DNA of 35,498 nt from an uncultured Clostridia bacterium (GCA_946533175.1 CAMNBS010000003.1:1-35498); one strand, 5' to 3'; counted from the stretch's first letter, positions 1 through 9,171 are shown. Program-made: numbers and translations. Notes: generated by a model not told the origin, from the letters alone.

Positions 1-30
1 GTCACTCCCTATATATCTATTATTCTATCA

Positions 31-57
31 AAAAAAAAGACTATTGACTAGTCTTTT
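31..57 (-). terminator. Intrinsic terminator downstream of hpf
   Basis: Stem AAAAGACTA/TAGTCTTTT with a 5-nt loop; the A-run at 30-38 gives a U-tract on the minus strand. Confidence 0.7.
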
Positions 58-136
58 ACTTTGAATTTGTCTTGAAAGTTATCTTTAAATTGAATGTTTT
101 AATTTAGCTTATAAATATACTCAAAACTATTCTTTA

Positions 137-655
137 TTAACTTTCTATTATTCCATAACCTTGATCTTTACGTTTATATACAACACATACTGTATTAGTA
201 TCACTATCTTTATACATATAAAAATCATGTCCTGATAAATCCATTTGTAATATAGCTTCTTCAGCATTCATTGGTTTAACATCAACTTTTTTACGTTTAA
301 CAACATCATTATTTTCTTCTATTTCTAGTACATCATCAATATTAAATTCTTTTGCTTTAGATTTATTACGTGATTCTAATTTAGCCTTATTCTTGCGAAT
401 TTGTCTTTCTAATTTATTAATTAATAAATCAACTGCTGCATAAAAATCTTGTTGTTCTTCTTCAGCTCGTAAAATTAGAGTTTTAAGGGGAATAGTTACT
501 TCAACTTTTTGAGTATAACCACGAACCTTTACTAAAACGGTTGCCTTTGCTTTTTGATCAACTAAATATTTGTCAAGTTTACTTAATTTTTCTTTGACAT
601 ACCCTTTCATTGATTCAGTAATTTCAACTTTGTTTCCTCTGATAAGTATCTCCAT
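137..655 (-). CDS. hpf: Long-form ribosome hibernation promoting factor (S30AE plus C-terminal dimerisation domain)
   Basis: N-terminal IRGNKVEIT...DFYAAVDLLINKLERQIRKNK; C-terminal KPMNAEEAILQM..GHDFY..VYKRKD.GYGII; GGAG RBS. Confidence 0.95.
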   Translation of the reverse strand: MEILIRGNKVEITESMKGYVKEKLSKLDKYLVDQKAKATVLVKVRGYTQKVEVTIPLKTLILRAEEEQQDFYAAVDLLINKLERQIRKNKAKLESRNKSKAKEFNIDDVLEIEENNDVVKRKKVDVKPMNAEEAILQMDLSGHDFYMYKDSDTNTVCVVYKRKDQGYGIIES

Positions 656-741
656 ATTATCATCTCCTTGTATAAATAATATATCACAAAACAGTTAAAA
701 TTACTACGATTTTACATGATAAAAAAAATTATTTACATAAT

Positions 742-783
742 AAAACCACTAACAATTATTTTCCTTTGCTAGTGGTCTTTTTT
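742..783 (-). terminator. Hairpin/terminator after the cold-shock gene
   Basis: Imperfect inverted repeat AAAACCACTAACAA...TTGCTAGTGGTCTTT, just past the csp stop. Confidence 0.55.
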
Positions 784-800
784 ACTGCTAACATATCAAA

Positions 801-1019
801 TTACACAATGATTTCATCATTTACTACTGATACATTTGTTGCCTGATATCCCTTCGATGTATCAAGTAAAGTAAACTCAACACATTGTCCTTCCGTTAAA
901 CTCTTATAACCATCCTGATTAATTGCAGAATAATGGACGAAAATATCATCCTTATCTGTATATTCAATAAAACCATACCCTTTTTCATTATTAAACCACT
1001 TAACTCTACCTCTAACCAC
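801..1019 (-). CDS. Cold-shock protein (CSD, CspA/CspD family)
   Basis: [12 protein letters not shown] (RNP-1), DIFVHYSAI (RNP-2), GYKSL.EGQ.V; GTG start. Confidence 0.95.
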   Translation of the reverse strand: MVRGRVKWFNNEKGYGFIEYTDKDDIFVHYSAINQDGYKSLTEGQCVEFTLLDTSKGYQATNVSVVNDEIIV

Positions 1020-1072
1020 GTTAATATCTCTCTTTCTTTTTTTTATTTAAGCAACCTAACACGCACCACTTT

Positions 1073-1101
1073 ATCGTATCAAAAATGCCATATTATGGCA
1101 A
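1073..1101 (-). promoter_or_regulatory. SigA-type promoter of csp, with a palindrome overlapping the -35
   Basis: TTGCCA-17-TACGAT on the minus strand; perfect 7-1-7 dyad TGCCATA-T-TATGGCA at 1086-1100. Confidence 0.5.
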
Positions 1102-1153
1102 GATTTTTTTACATTTTTTCTTCAAAAAAAACTTTAACTGTAAAGAAAAAAGA

Positions 1154-2215
1154 TTATTCTTTATTTTCTCTTTTGAATAATCTTTTACTAGTAATAATAT
1201 CCGTTTTTAAAACAAATACTAACACAATAATAAATAATATTCCATAAATAATACGACCAATAAAAATATCTTTTGTATCATTCAATGTATACAAGATTGA
1301 TGCTATAGCAAAGAGAATATTTATACCATAAATAATTAATACGGTATTGCGATGTGAAAAACGCATTTTTAATAATTGATGATGCAAGTGTTGCTTGTCT
1401 GGTTCACTTATTTTTTTATGATTAACAAGTCTTCGAATAATAGCAAATAAAGTATCTAAAATAGGAACTGCTAAAATCATTAAAGGAATAAATACAGATG
1501 TTATGGCTGTAGTCTTAAATCCTAATAAAGAAAGTACAGCAATAGAAAATCCCATAAATAAAGCTCCAGAATCTCCAGCAAATATTTTAGCGGGATGAAA
1601 ATTATGAACTAAGAATCCTAAGGTACTACCTAGCATAATTAAAGATAGTAAAAATTCTAGTTCCCCAAATCTTCCCTGAAAGAAACATATTACAATTGTT
1701 GAAATATAAAAAATACTTGAAATACCACCGGATAAACCATCTAATCCATCAATTAAATTAATAATATTGGTACAAGCCACAATAAATAATATTGTAATTG
1801 GATAAGCAAAAATACCAAAAGATATATCTAAACCTAAAATAGTAACATTCTCTAGTAAAATATTTCCATAAAAGGTAATAACACTACTAGCTATTATTTG
1901 ACCTAATAGTTTTGCTTTAGCACTAATCGGCTTTATATCATCAATCATTCCTGTTAAAACAATAATAAAACTTCCAATTAGAATAGAATTCATCTGAATA
2001 GTGTTATGGCCAAAAATCATATATCCTAATAAAAATCCTGCAAAAATACCTAAACCACCTAATCTTGGTATAGGCTTAGTATGAACCTTTCTGGCATCTG
2101 GAATATCCAGAGCATTAATATGAATAGCAATCTTTTTAATAAATGGCGTTATTATCGCCACAATTACCATACACACACCAACCACTAATAAACTATATTT
2201 TACTTCTTCACTCAT
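1154..2215 (-). CDS. tagO: Undecaprenyl-phosphate GlcNAc-1-phosphate transferase (TagO/WecA, MraY family)
   Basis: RKVHTKPIPRLGG, GMIDD, NLIDGLDGL, NFHPAKIFAGDSG, PDKQHLHH motifs; multiple TM segments. Confidence 0.9.
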   Translation of the reverse strand: MSEEVKYSLLVVGVCMVIVAIITPFIKKIAIHINALDIPDARKVHTKPIPRLGGLGIFAGFLLGYMIFGHNTIQMNSILIGSFIIVLTGMIDDIKPISAKAKLLGQIIASSVITFYGNILLENVTILGLDISFGIFAYPITILFIVACTNIINLIDGLDGLSGGISSIFYISTIVICFFQGRFGELEFLLSLIMLGSTLGFLVHNFHPAKIFAGDSGALFMGFSIAVLSLLGFKTTAITSVFIPLMILAVPILDTLFAIIRRLVNHKKISEPDKQHLHHQLLKMRFSHRNTVLIIYGINILFAIASILYTLNDTKDIFIGRIIYGILFIIVLVFVLKTDIITSKRLFKRENKE

Positions 2216-2295
2216 AACTACCTCAAAAATAATTGTATCAAATTAACAAAAAAATATCTATAATTATACAAAAAATACCGCACATTGACATTAAC

Positions 2296-3375
2296 TTATG
2301 AATTTGTAATATCAATAATACCAATTTCTGAATATGTACCTGTCTTAAACATTATTGCCCAATCAGATATACCTGAATTAACAATAAAATTAGTACTCCC
2401 TCTTGTATGTAATCCATACACTTCATCATTGGCATGCATTAATATACCAATTAGTCCAAGGGGTATTAATTGTCCACCATGGGTATGACCAGATAATACT
2501 AAATCAACTTTATTCATTTCGTTTTGATAATCATTAGGTTGATGATTTAAATCAATAACATACTTTTTTTTATCAAGATTCATCGTTAACTCATCAATAC
2601 TCTTTCTTGATGGATCACTGCGATCTTTTCTTCCAATTAAGTAAATATAATCGTTAATATTAGCAATATCATCTTCCAATACATGAACATTATGTTCTTT
2701 AAATTTAGAAACTAAATCATCATAACTAAAATCACGTGATTGATAATAACCTTTATCATGATTACCATTTACATAATATATGCCATATTTAGGTTTTAAT
2801 TCTTCAAAAGCTTCAATACTTTTTTCCATATCACTTCTTTTCGTATCATCATCAACAAAATCCCCAGTAATAACAACTATATCACATTCAATATTACTCA
2901 ATTTTTGTATTTTTCTATAAAATTCTTCCCCATCAAAGGTTGTTCCCATATGTGCATCAGATATTTGAATAATACGAAAATTTTCGCTACCTAAGTCTTT
3001 ATTAGTGTAAATAACATAATGTGTTTCAAATACATGATAATTTAAATAAATACCAATTCCTAAATAAATAACGGTTATCATTAAGCCAATTAAATAAGCA
3101 TAATTATAAGAATAATTCTTCTTAATACTTTTATTAACTATTTTCATAACTATTTCACTTATAAATATAAAAAACATTAAATGTAATAACACGATCACAA
3201 AATTAACTAAACCTATAATTATATATAAAATAACCAATGGTAAGACTAAACATAATAATCTCAAATATTTATTATTAATCTGCTTTATAAAAGAAATATT
3301 TTTCATTTTATTTAAAACATAATAAATCGCATAAAATAAGATGATAATAGCTAAAATAATAATTATATAAAACAT
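2296..3375 (-). CDS. Membrane-anchored calcineurin-like metallophosphoesterase (YkuE/YkoQ-like)
   Basis: SDAH, TGD, GNHD, H and SGHTHGGQ metal-binding motifs; N-terminal TM helices. Confidence 0.88.
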   Translation of the reverse strand: MFYIIIILAIIILFYAIYYVLNKMKNISFIKQINNKYLRLLCLVLPLVILYIIIGLVNFVIVLLHLMFFIFISEIVMKIVNKSIKKNYSYNYAYLIGLMITVIYLGIGIYLNYHVFETHYVIYTNKDLGSENFRIIQISDAHMGTTFDGEEFYRKIQKLSNIECDIVVITGDFVDDDTKRSDMEKSIEAFEELKPKYGIYYVNGNHDKGYYQSRDFSYDDLVSKFKEHNVHVLEDDIANINDYIYLIGRKDRSDPSRKSIDELTMNLDKKKYVIDLNHQPNDYQNEMNKVDLVLSGHTHGGQLIPLGLIGILMHANDEVYGLHTRGSTNFIVNSGISDWAIMFKTGTYSEIGIIDITNS

Positions 3376-3421
3376 ATATACCTCTTTTTAATTATATTAG
3401 AAAAAAAGAAAAAAAGAAAGA

Positions 3422-4408
3422 TTATCTTTCTAATAAATATATATTATCTAATAATATTCCCGTACCTTCAACAACACTAGTTAATGGGTTAGATGCCAAT
3501 TTTACTGCTACTTCCAACTCTTTACTAAATAGTTTTTCCATTCCATTAATTAAAGATCCTCCACCAGTTAATATTATTCCATTTTCCATAATATCTGCTG
3601 ATAGTTCAGGTGGTGTCTCTTCTAAAACCTGCTTTGCGGCATTAATTATTTTTTCAATATCGTTTTTTAAAGCTAAAGATACTTCATCACTATATATAAT
3701 AATGGTCTTTGGAAGTCCAGTCATTAAATCTCTTCCTTTTACTTTATAAGACTTTTTCTTATCATTCTCATTTTTAACAACAGTACCAATTTCTTTTTTT
3801 ATTAGTTCTGCCGTTCTTTCACCAATTAATAATTTATGTTTTTCTTTAAGATAATTTTTAATATTATTATCAAAGGAATTACCCGCAATTTTCAAAGATT
3901 TTGATAAGACAATGTCTCCTAAAGACAAAACAGCAATATCGGTTGTTCCACCACCAATATCAATAATCATATTACCATTTGGTTTACTAATATCAAGTCC
4001 TGTTCCTATCGCAGCTACTTTAGGTTCTTCTTCTAAAAAAACTTTTTTAGCTCCTAATCTTTCAGCTGCTTCCCGGATAGCATTTTTTTCTACTTTTGTT
4101 GTATCTGTTGGACAACAAATAATTATTCTTGGCTTTCGAAAACCCCATCCTTTTACTTTATTAATAAAGTAATTTAACATTAATAATGTTACATCAAAAT
4201 CAGCAATTACACCGTCACGCATTGGTTTTATTGCTTCATACTTTCCTGGAGTTTTTCCTAACATAAGGTACGCATCACTACCAAAAGCAAGAGGCTTTTT
4301 ACTTGTTTTTTCTAAAGCTACAACGCTAGGCTCATTTAAAACAATACCTTCACCTTTAATATATATAAGTACATTTGCCGTCCCTAAATCTATTCCTATA
4401 TCTTTCAT
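3422..4408 (-). CDS. mbl: MreB-family actin homologue, Mbl type
   Basis: IGIDLGTANVL..NEPSVVA, EEEPKVAAIG (Mbl-like), DIGGGTTD, TPPELSADI; lies downstream of spoIIID as in Bacillus. Confidence 0.9.
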   Translation of the reverse strand: MKDIGIDLGTANVLIYIKGEGIVLNEPSVVALEKTSKKPLAFGSDAYLMLGKTPGKYEAIKPMRDGVIADFDVTLLMLNYFINKVKGWGFRKPRIIICCPTDTTKVEKNAIREAAERLGAKKVFLEEEPKVAAIGTGLDISKPNGNMIIDIGGGTTDIAVLSLGDIVLSKSLKIAGNSFDNNIKNYLKEKHKLLIGERTAELIKKEIGTVVKNENDKKKSYKVKGRDLMTGLPKTIIIYSDEVSLALKNDIEKIINAAKQVLEETPPELSADIMENGIILTGGGSLINGMEKLFSKELEVAVKLASNPLTSVVEGTGILLDNIYLLER

Positions 4409-4430
4409 ATCGTCACCATTATTATTATGA

Positions 4431-4619
4431 CTAACTTTTCTCTTTTAATACTTGATAAACACGATTATACAGCTTTGTATCAAAAAATTTCAATTTGTTA
4501 TTTAAATCATCATATATAATATCTTCATTCACATGCAAAATATTCGATAATTCACTATAATTTTTATTCAAAGACAATAAAAGTCGACATTCTATTAATA
4601 TTCTATCTATCTCAGTCAT
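4431..4619 (-). CDS. spoIIID: SpoIIID-like helix-turn-helix protein, diverged and C-terminally short
   Basis: Aligns by eye with the SpoIIID core (..DRI..........EL...L.V....IY.DL...L...D..LY..V..VL); spoIIQ-spoIIID-mbl synteny. Confidence 0.72.
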   Translation of the reverse strand: MTEIDRILIECRLLLSLNKNYSELSNILHVNEDIIYDDLNNKLKFFDTKLYNRVYQVLKEKS

Positions 4620-4632
4620 ATTTCACCCTTAA

Positions 4633-4661
4633 ATTCTATTAAAAAAGATGATTAAATATCA
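4633..4661 (-). promoter_or_regulatory. SigE-type promoter upstream of spoIIID
   Basis: TGATATT-14-AATAGAAT, against the sigE consensus xxATAxx-14-CATACAxT. Confidence 0.5.
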
Positions 4662-5284
4662 CCTAATTTTTTACCAATGCATTTAAGAGGATCTATTGTT
4701 TCACCACTTTTATAAATTTCTAAATGCAAATGATTTCCTAATTCTTTATCAATATTATTTTTACCACTCGTACCTATTTTTTGTCCAGAGAGAATAACAT
4801 CACCCCTACTAACATCAACTTCTCCTAAACTTTGATATACACTTATTACCTCTCCATTATGTCTTACTTTTACTGTTTTTCCAAGTAATTCATCTTCACT
4901 AACGTCAATTACAGTGCCATCATAGATAGATAAAACATCAAATGTTTCCTCTAAATAATAATCAATTCCTGTATTTGGCATATAAGTATCAGCATAAAAA
5001 ACAATTGATTTTGCCTTTTGTTCTTCATTATCACTAGCATTATAATAATATCGGGCAATCTTCATATTTTCTTGTGAATAAGGATTATTTATTTTTTCTA
5101 CCGTATTAATTATTGGAATAGTACGATTTAAAATAGTATTAGTAACAAAAGTAATATTCTCCATATCTACAGTATTTGTATATTTATCATAAGCTTTTTT
5201 AGTAAAATAAATACCAACTGTTACCGAAAATAAAAATAATAAATATAATGTAGGAATTAAATATGATTTTCTTTTTCTTTTCAT
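4652..5284 (-). CDS. spoIIQ: SpoIIQ-like forespore membrane protein with a degenerate M23/LytM domain
   Basis: N-terminal TM; YYNAS..EEQK..SIVFY.DTYMPNTGID (Asn replaces the His of HxxxD, comparable to the degenerate Bacillus SpoIIQ); LGNHLHLEI; synteny. Confidence 0.82.
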   Translation of the reverse strand: MKRKRKSYLIPTLYLLFLFSVTVGIYFTKKAYDKYTNTVDMENITFVTNTILNRTIPIINTVEKINNPYSQENMKIARYYYNASDNEEQKAKSIVFYADTYMPNTGIDYYLEETFDVLSIYDGTVIDVSEDELLGKTVKVRHNGEVISVYQSLGEVDVSRGDVILSGQKIGTSGKNNIDKELGNHLHLEIYKSGETIDPLKCIGKKLGDI

Positions 5285-5302
5285 TTATTCACCTCACATT
5301 TT

Positions 5303-5332
5303 CATTATGAACAAAAAATCAAACTTTTATAC
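5303..5332 (-). promoter_or_regulatory. SigF-type promoter of spoIIQ
   Basis: GTATA-15-GTTCATAATG immediately upstream of the GAGGTG RBS. Confidence 0.65.
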
Positions 5333-5523
5333 TAAAAAAGTTTGATAACCGCTAAATCATATAAAAAATTAGTAAGCAAATAAATAATAATTAAAACCAT
5401 AATAACATAAAATACTCTAGCTTTGATAACTTGATTTTTTTTAAAGATACTATTAATATTTACAGCATCAAAAGACCATATAACAATAATACTACTCACA
5501 ATATATAATAAAAATTTAAGCAT
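5332..5523 (-). CDS. ywzB: YwzB / DUF1146 small membrane protein
   Basis: Two TM helices around W....N....FKKNQV.KAR; ATG at 5523 overlaps the rpiB 3' end (the ORF-track start at 5541 is probably too long). Confidence 0.75.
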   Translation of the reverse strand: MLKFLLYIVSSIIVIWSFDAVNINSIFKKNQVIKARVFYVIMVLIIIYLLTNFLYDLAVIKLF

Positions 5524-5968
5524 GATACTTTCCACTTTCAATATCTTTTAATTTATTAAGACGTTTTATATGCTTATCTAAATTAGAAAATGGTGTTGTA
5601 ATAAATGTTTCAATAATTCTAATAGCTTTTTCAAAAGACATTTTTTCACCAAACGCAATAGCATTTGTATCATTATCACTTCTTGTATGTAATGCTTCTT
5701 CTTCATCACTTACTTTAGCACAATAAATTCCTTTTATCTTATTTAAAGCTATACTTATACCAATTCCACTACCACAAATAGCAATACCAAAATCAACTTC
5801 ATGATTTACAATTCCTTTTCCTAGTTTATAAGCAAAATCTGGATAATCACAAGATATATCGCTATTAGTGCCATAATCAATAATAGAATACCCTTTTTTA
5901 GATAAATAATTTATTAATTCATTTTTTAATTTAAAACCACGATGGTCTGAAGCAAATCCTAATTTCAT
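5516..5968 (-). CDS. rpiB: Ribose-5-phosphate isomerase B
   Basis: ASDHRG, DYPDFA, ICGSGIG, LNKIKGI, HTRSDND motifs; start set at MKLGF after the GGTGG RBS. Confidence 0.92.
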   Translation of the reverse strand: MKLGFASDHRGFKLKNELINYLSKKGYSIIDYGTNSDISCDYPDFAYKLGKGIVNHEVDFGIAICGSGIGISIALNKIKGIYCAKVSDEEEALHTRSDNDTNAIAFGEKMSFEKAIRIIETFITTPFSNLDKHIKRLNKLKDIESGKYHA

Positions 5969-6032
5969 TTTTATCACCACCATAAATATATCATATTTTA
6001 TAATAAAAAAAAAGTTAAATTCTAAGATCTAA

Positions 6033-6239
6033 CTAATTTTCAAAACCATATTTTTTATTAAATTTATCAACACGTCCAGTTTTAGAACCACGAGCTTGTT
6101 TACCAGTAAAAAATGGATGACATTTTGAACATATTTCAACATTAATTTCTTTCTTTGTTGAACGAGTTTTAAATGTTTCACCACAAGCACATGTTACTAC
6201 TGAATCAACGTATTCTACCTTTTTAGCTTCCTTTGCCAT
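6033..6239 (-). CDS. rpmE: 50S ribosomal protein L31, zinc-ribbon (C+) type
   Basis: CACG...[12 protein letters not shown]...[11 protein letters not shown]. Confidence 0.95.
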   Translation of the reverse strand: MAKEAKKVEYVDSVVTCACGETFKTRSTKKEINVEICSKCHPFFTGKQARGSKTGRVDKFNKKYGFEN

Positions 6240-6293
6240 TATTTATTCTCCTTTCGCCATGAACTTAATCATAGTAATACAAATTACTAGGAT

Positions 6294-6322
6294 ATTATAA
6301 CAACAAACATAGGAAAAATCAA
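6294..6322 (-). promoter_or_regulatory. SigA promoter of rpmE
   Basis: TTGATT-17-TATAAT with extended TGn -10. Confidence 0.7.
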
Positions 6323-6333
6323 GCTTTTTATGA

Positions 6334-7008
6334 TTATTCCAAATATTTCTCAATCATCCTAGCTATCATAATATAACCATTTCTATTTAAAAATGGCGAT
6401 GGATATTTATCTTGATATGTATTCTCTTTTACTAATTCATAAAGACTAATATAAATAGCATTATGTTCTTTTAATATGTTATTAAGACGATTATCCATAT
6501 TACAAAAAAACTCATCTATGTCACTATCATAATAATTTGTTGGATTAAAATAACCTAAAAAAATAATCTTCCCTTGAGCATATTTTCTTATTTCTAAAAT
6601 TAATTTTTCAATATCACTATACATTTTATCAAAATATGCTTTATTATCATAATGATAAAAGAGTTCTTCCATACCAACACTTACTACAATAATATCGCTT
6701 TCGCGTAATACTTTTTTTATATAATATTCGTGATTATCTATCCATATAGTTCGATTATTTTGAATATCTTTTAATAAACCACTAATCGTCTTATTATAAA
6801 AATAGTTATTAAATTGACCTAATTGATTTTTTTGATATAATGATTCTTTAACTAGTTCATTATAACCAATATCTTTAACATTAAAAGAGTTTATTCCTCT
6901 AATTAGACTATCACCTATCGAAACATAATTAATCTTTTTAGGATTTTTTACCTGATATATTAAAAAAATACATAAAAAAGTAACTAAAAGAAACAATATT
7001 TTTTTCAT
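6334..7008 (-). CDS. SGNH/GDSL-fold protein with an N-terminal anchor (YpmR-like), possibly inactive
   Basis: YVSIGDSL block I; signal/TM; LGYFNP; the catalytic DxxH block appears degenerate. Confidence 0.75.
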   Translation of the reverse strand: MKKILFLLVTFLCIFLIYQVKNPKKINYVSIGDSLIRGINSFNVKDIGYNELVKESLYQKNQLGQFNNYFYNKTISGLLKDIQNNRTIWIDNHEYYIKKVLRESDIIVVSVGMEELFYHYDNKAYFDKMYSDIEKLILEIRKYAQGKIIFLGYFNPTNYYDSDIDEFFCNMDNRLNNILKEHNAIYISLYELVKENTYQDKYPSPFLNRNGYIMIARMIEKYLE

Positions 7009-7038
7009 AAATCACCAAAAAAAAGAAATATCATTGTA

Positions 7039-8292
7039 TTATATTTCTTTTAATTCAATTTTAGCACCAACATTAGATAATTTTTCTATTATTTCTTCAT
7101 AACCTCTTAATAAATAACCAGCATTTAAAATAGTTGTCTTTCCTTGGGCCTTTAAAGCTGCTAGTAATAATGAAGCGGCTGCACGAAGATCTGTTGCCTC
7201 TACTTCTTCTCCATGCAACTTATTAGCACCAAGAATAGTTGCACAGCGTTCTTTAACTGAAATATTAGCTCCCATTTTATTCAAATATGGAATATTCATA
7301 AAGCGATTTTCATAAATGTTTTCCATAACAGTACTTTTTCCTCGACAACCAATTAAAAGAGTTACAAATGGTTGTTGTAAATCTGTAGGAAAACCAGGAT
7401 ATCCTTGGGTTTCAATATCTGTTGCCATCAGATTATCATTGGCATTTACTACTACTGAATCTTGATTAATTTCTAAATCGCAACCAATATCTTGCATTTT
7501 ATCAAGTAAAGCTTGAATATGTTCTGGAATAATATTTTCTATACGAAGATAATTACCAACCAATGCTCCCAAAATGATATATGTTCCGGCTTCAATACGA
7601 TCTGGCATAACATCGTGAAAACATCCATCTAATTTTTCTTGACCTACGATTTTTATAGTACTATTACCCGCTCCTGTAATCTTAGCACCCATCTTGTTTA
7701 ACATTGTCGCCAAATCAACTATTTCTGGCTCTCTAGCTGCGTTATGTAAAATTGTTTCGCCTTTAGCTAATGAAGCAACAATCAATGTATTAACTGTCGC
7801 ACCTACACTAGGCATATCAAGAGTTATTTCACTTCCAATCAATTCATCAGCGTGAATATTAAATAGACAGTTTTCTTCTTCAATTGTTGCACCTAGCGCC
7901 CTAAAAACTTTTAGTGTTTGATCAATAGGACGACTTCCAATCTTACAACCTCCTGGAAAATACATTGATACTTTCTTATATTTAGCTAATAAACTAGCCA
8001 TAAAATAATATGATGCACGAAGACGATTAGATAATTCATCCGGAATAGTCTTATTTACCATTTGTTTAGGATCAATTATAATACTTCCACTTGCCCGTGT
8101 AACTGAAACATTTAAATACTCTAATGTTTCACTTAAAACTTCAATATCTGTAATATCTGGAACATTGGTTAAGGTTGTTTTATTATCACTTAGGATACAA
8201 GCTGGTATTAAAGCAACAGCACTATTTTTCGCCCCACCTATTCGTATCGTCCCAGTTAAAGGAATATTTCCTTCTATTTCTAAAATTTTCAT
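7039..8292 (-). CDS. murA: UDP-N-acetylglucosamine 1-carboxyvinyltransferase (MurAB/MurZ-type locus)
   Basis: GAKNSAVAL, LRASYYFM, PGGC.IG.RPID (catalytic Cys present), PDRIEAGT, YPGFPTDLQQP, ATDLRA. Confidence 0.95.
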   Translation of the reverse strand: MKILEIEGNIPLTGTIRIGGAKNSAVALIPACILSDNKTTLTNVPDITDIEVLSETLEYLNVSVTRASGSIIIDPKQMVNKTIPDELSNRLRASYYFMASLLAKYKKVSMYFPGGCKIGSRPIDQTLKVFRALGATIEEENCLFNIHADELIGSEITLDMPSVGATVNTLIVASLAKGETILHNAAREPEIVDLATMLNKMGAKITGAGNSTIKIVGQEKLDGCFHDVMPDRIEAGTYIILGALVGNYLRIENIIPEHIQALLDKMQDIGCDLEINQDSVVVNANDNLMATDIETQGYPGFPTDLQQPFVTLLIGCRGKSTVMENIYENRFMNIPYLNKMGANISVKERCATILGANKLHGEEVEATDLRAAASLLLAALKAQGKTTILNAGYLLRGYEEIIEKLSNVGAKIELKEI

Positions 8293-8309
8293 ATTTACCT
8301 CAATATATT

Positions 8310-9155
8310 TTATTTTTCATTATCTAAAATGTTAATTTTTTCTTCTATAAATTGATTCATAGCATCTCGCCCGCTCATAATAATTTTTCTTGGATCATAA
8401 ACACTAGGATTATTCTTTATAAAATCTCTTACTGCTTCCGCCCATACATATTGCATATCCGAGTTAACATTAATTTTAGTAATACCACAAGATATAGCCT
8501 GTCTTAAAATATCATGTGATAAACCACTACCACCATGCATAACTAAAGGAATACTAGTATTATCTCTTAATTTTTGAATCAAATCAAAGTCAATATGTAA
8601 TTCACCTTTATAAATACCATGAACTGTACCAATGGCAGGAGCTAGTGAATCTATTTCAGTTTCGCGAATAAAGCGAAGACATTCATCATAATCAGCTAGT
8701 AATATTGTACTATTAACATCATCTTCAATACCACCAACATGTCCTAACTCAGCTTCCGTTGTAACATTATGTTCCTTAGCATATAAAACAACTTTTTTGG
8801 TTTCTTTAATGTTTTCTTCCAAAGACTTTTTCGAGGCATCAATCATAACTGAAGTAAATCCAGCATCAATAGCCATTTTACAACTTTCATAACTTGATCC
8901 ATGATCAAGATGAAGACAAACATCATTTTCAATATGCAATTCATCAATCAAATTTCTAACAAGAGCTGATACAACACGGTATCCTCCCATATAATTAATA
9001 GCACCTTCACTTACCCCAAGAATAACAGGTTTGTGCATAGCATTAGTTTTTTCTAAAATAATTCTTGCCCACTCTAAATTATTGATATTAAAGTGATAAA
9101 TAACACCCTTTTTTCTTCTTGCTTCTTCAAGCATTTTTTTTCCATTAACTAACAT
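8310..9155 (-). CDS. fba: Class II fructose-1,6-bisphosphate aldolase
   Basis: HFNINNLEW, LHLDHG, GFTSVMIDAS, EAELG, GTVHG, VMHGGSG, KINVN; start moved to MLVNG (AGGTG RBS). Confidence 0.93.
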   Translation of the reverse strand: MLVNGKKMLEEARRKKGVIYHFNINNLEWARIILEKTNAMHKPVILGVSEGAINYMGGYRVVSALVRNLIDELHIENDVCLHLDHGSSYESCKMAIDAGFTSVMIDASKKSLEENIKETKKVVLYAKEHNVTTEAELGHVGGIEDDVNSTILLADYDECLRFIRETEIDSLAPAIGTVHGIYKGELHIDFDLIQKLRDNTSIPLVMHGGSGLSHDILRQAISCGITKINVNSDMQYVWAEAVRDFIKNNPSVYDPRKIIMSGRDAMNQFIEEKINILDNEK

Positions 9156-9171
9156 AATTTCACCTATTAAC

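Noticed and set aside
933-1247. Plus-strand 104-aa ORF
   Set aside because: Antisense to csp and tagO, no RBS or motif; shadow ORF
2285-4172. Plus-strand ORFs 2285-2488 and 3912-4172
   Set aside because: Antisense shadows of the metallophosphoesterase and mbl genes
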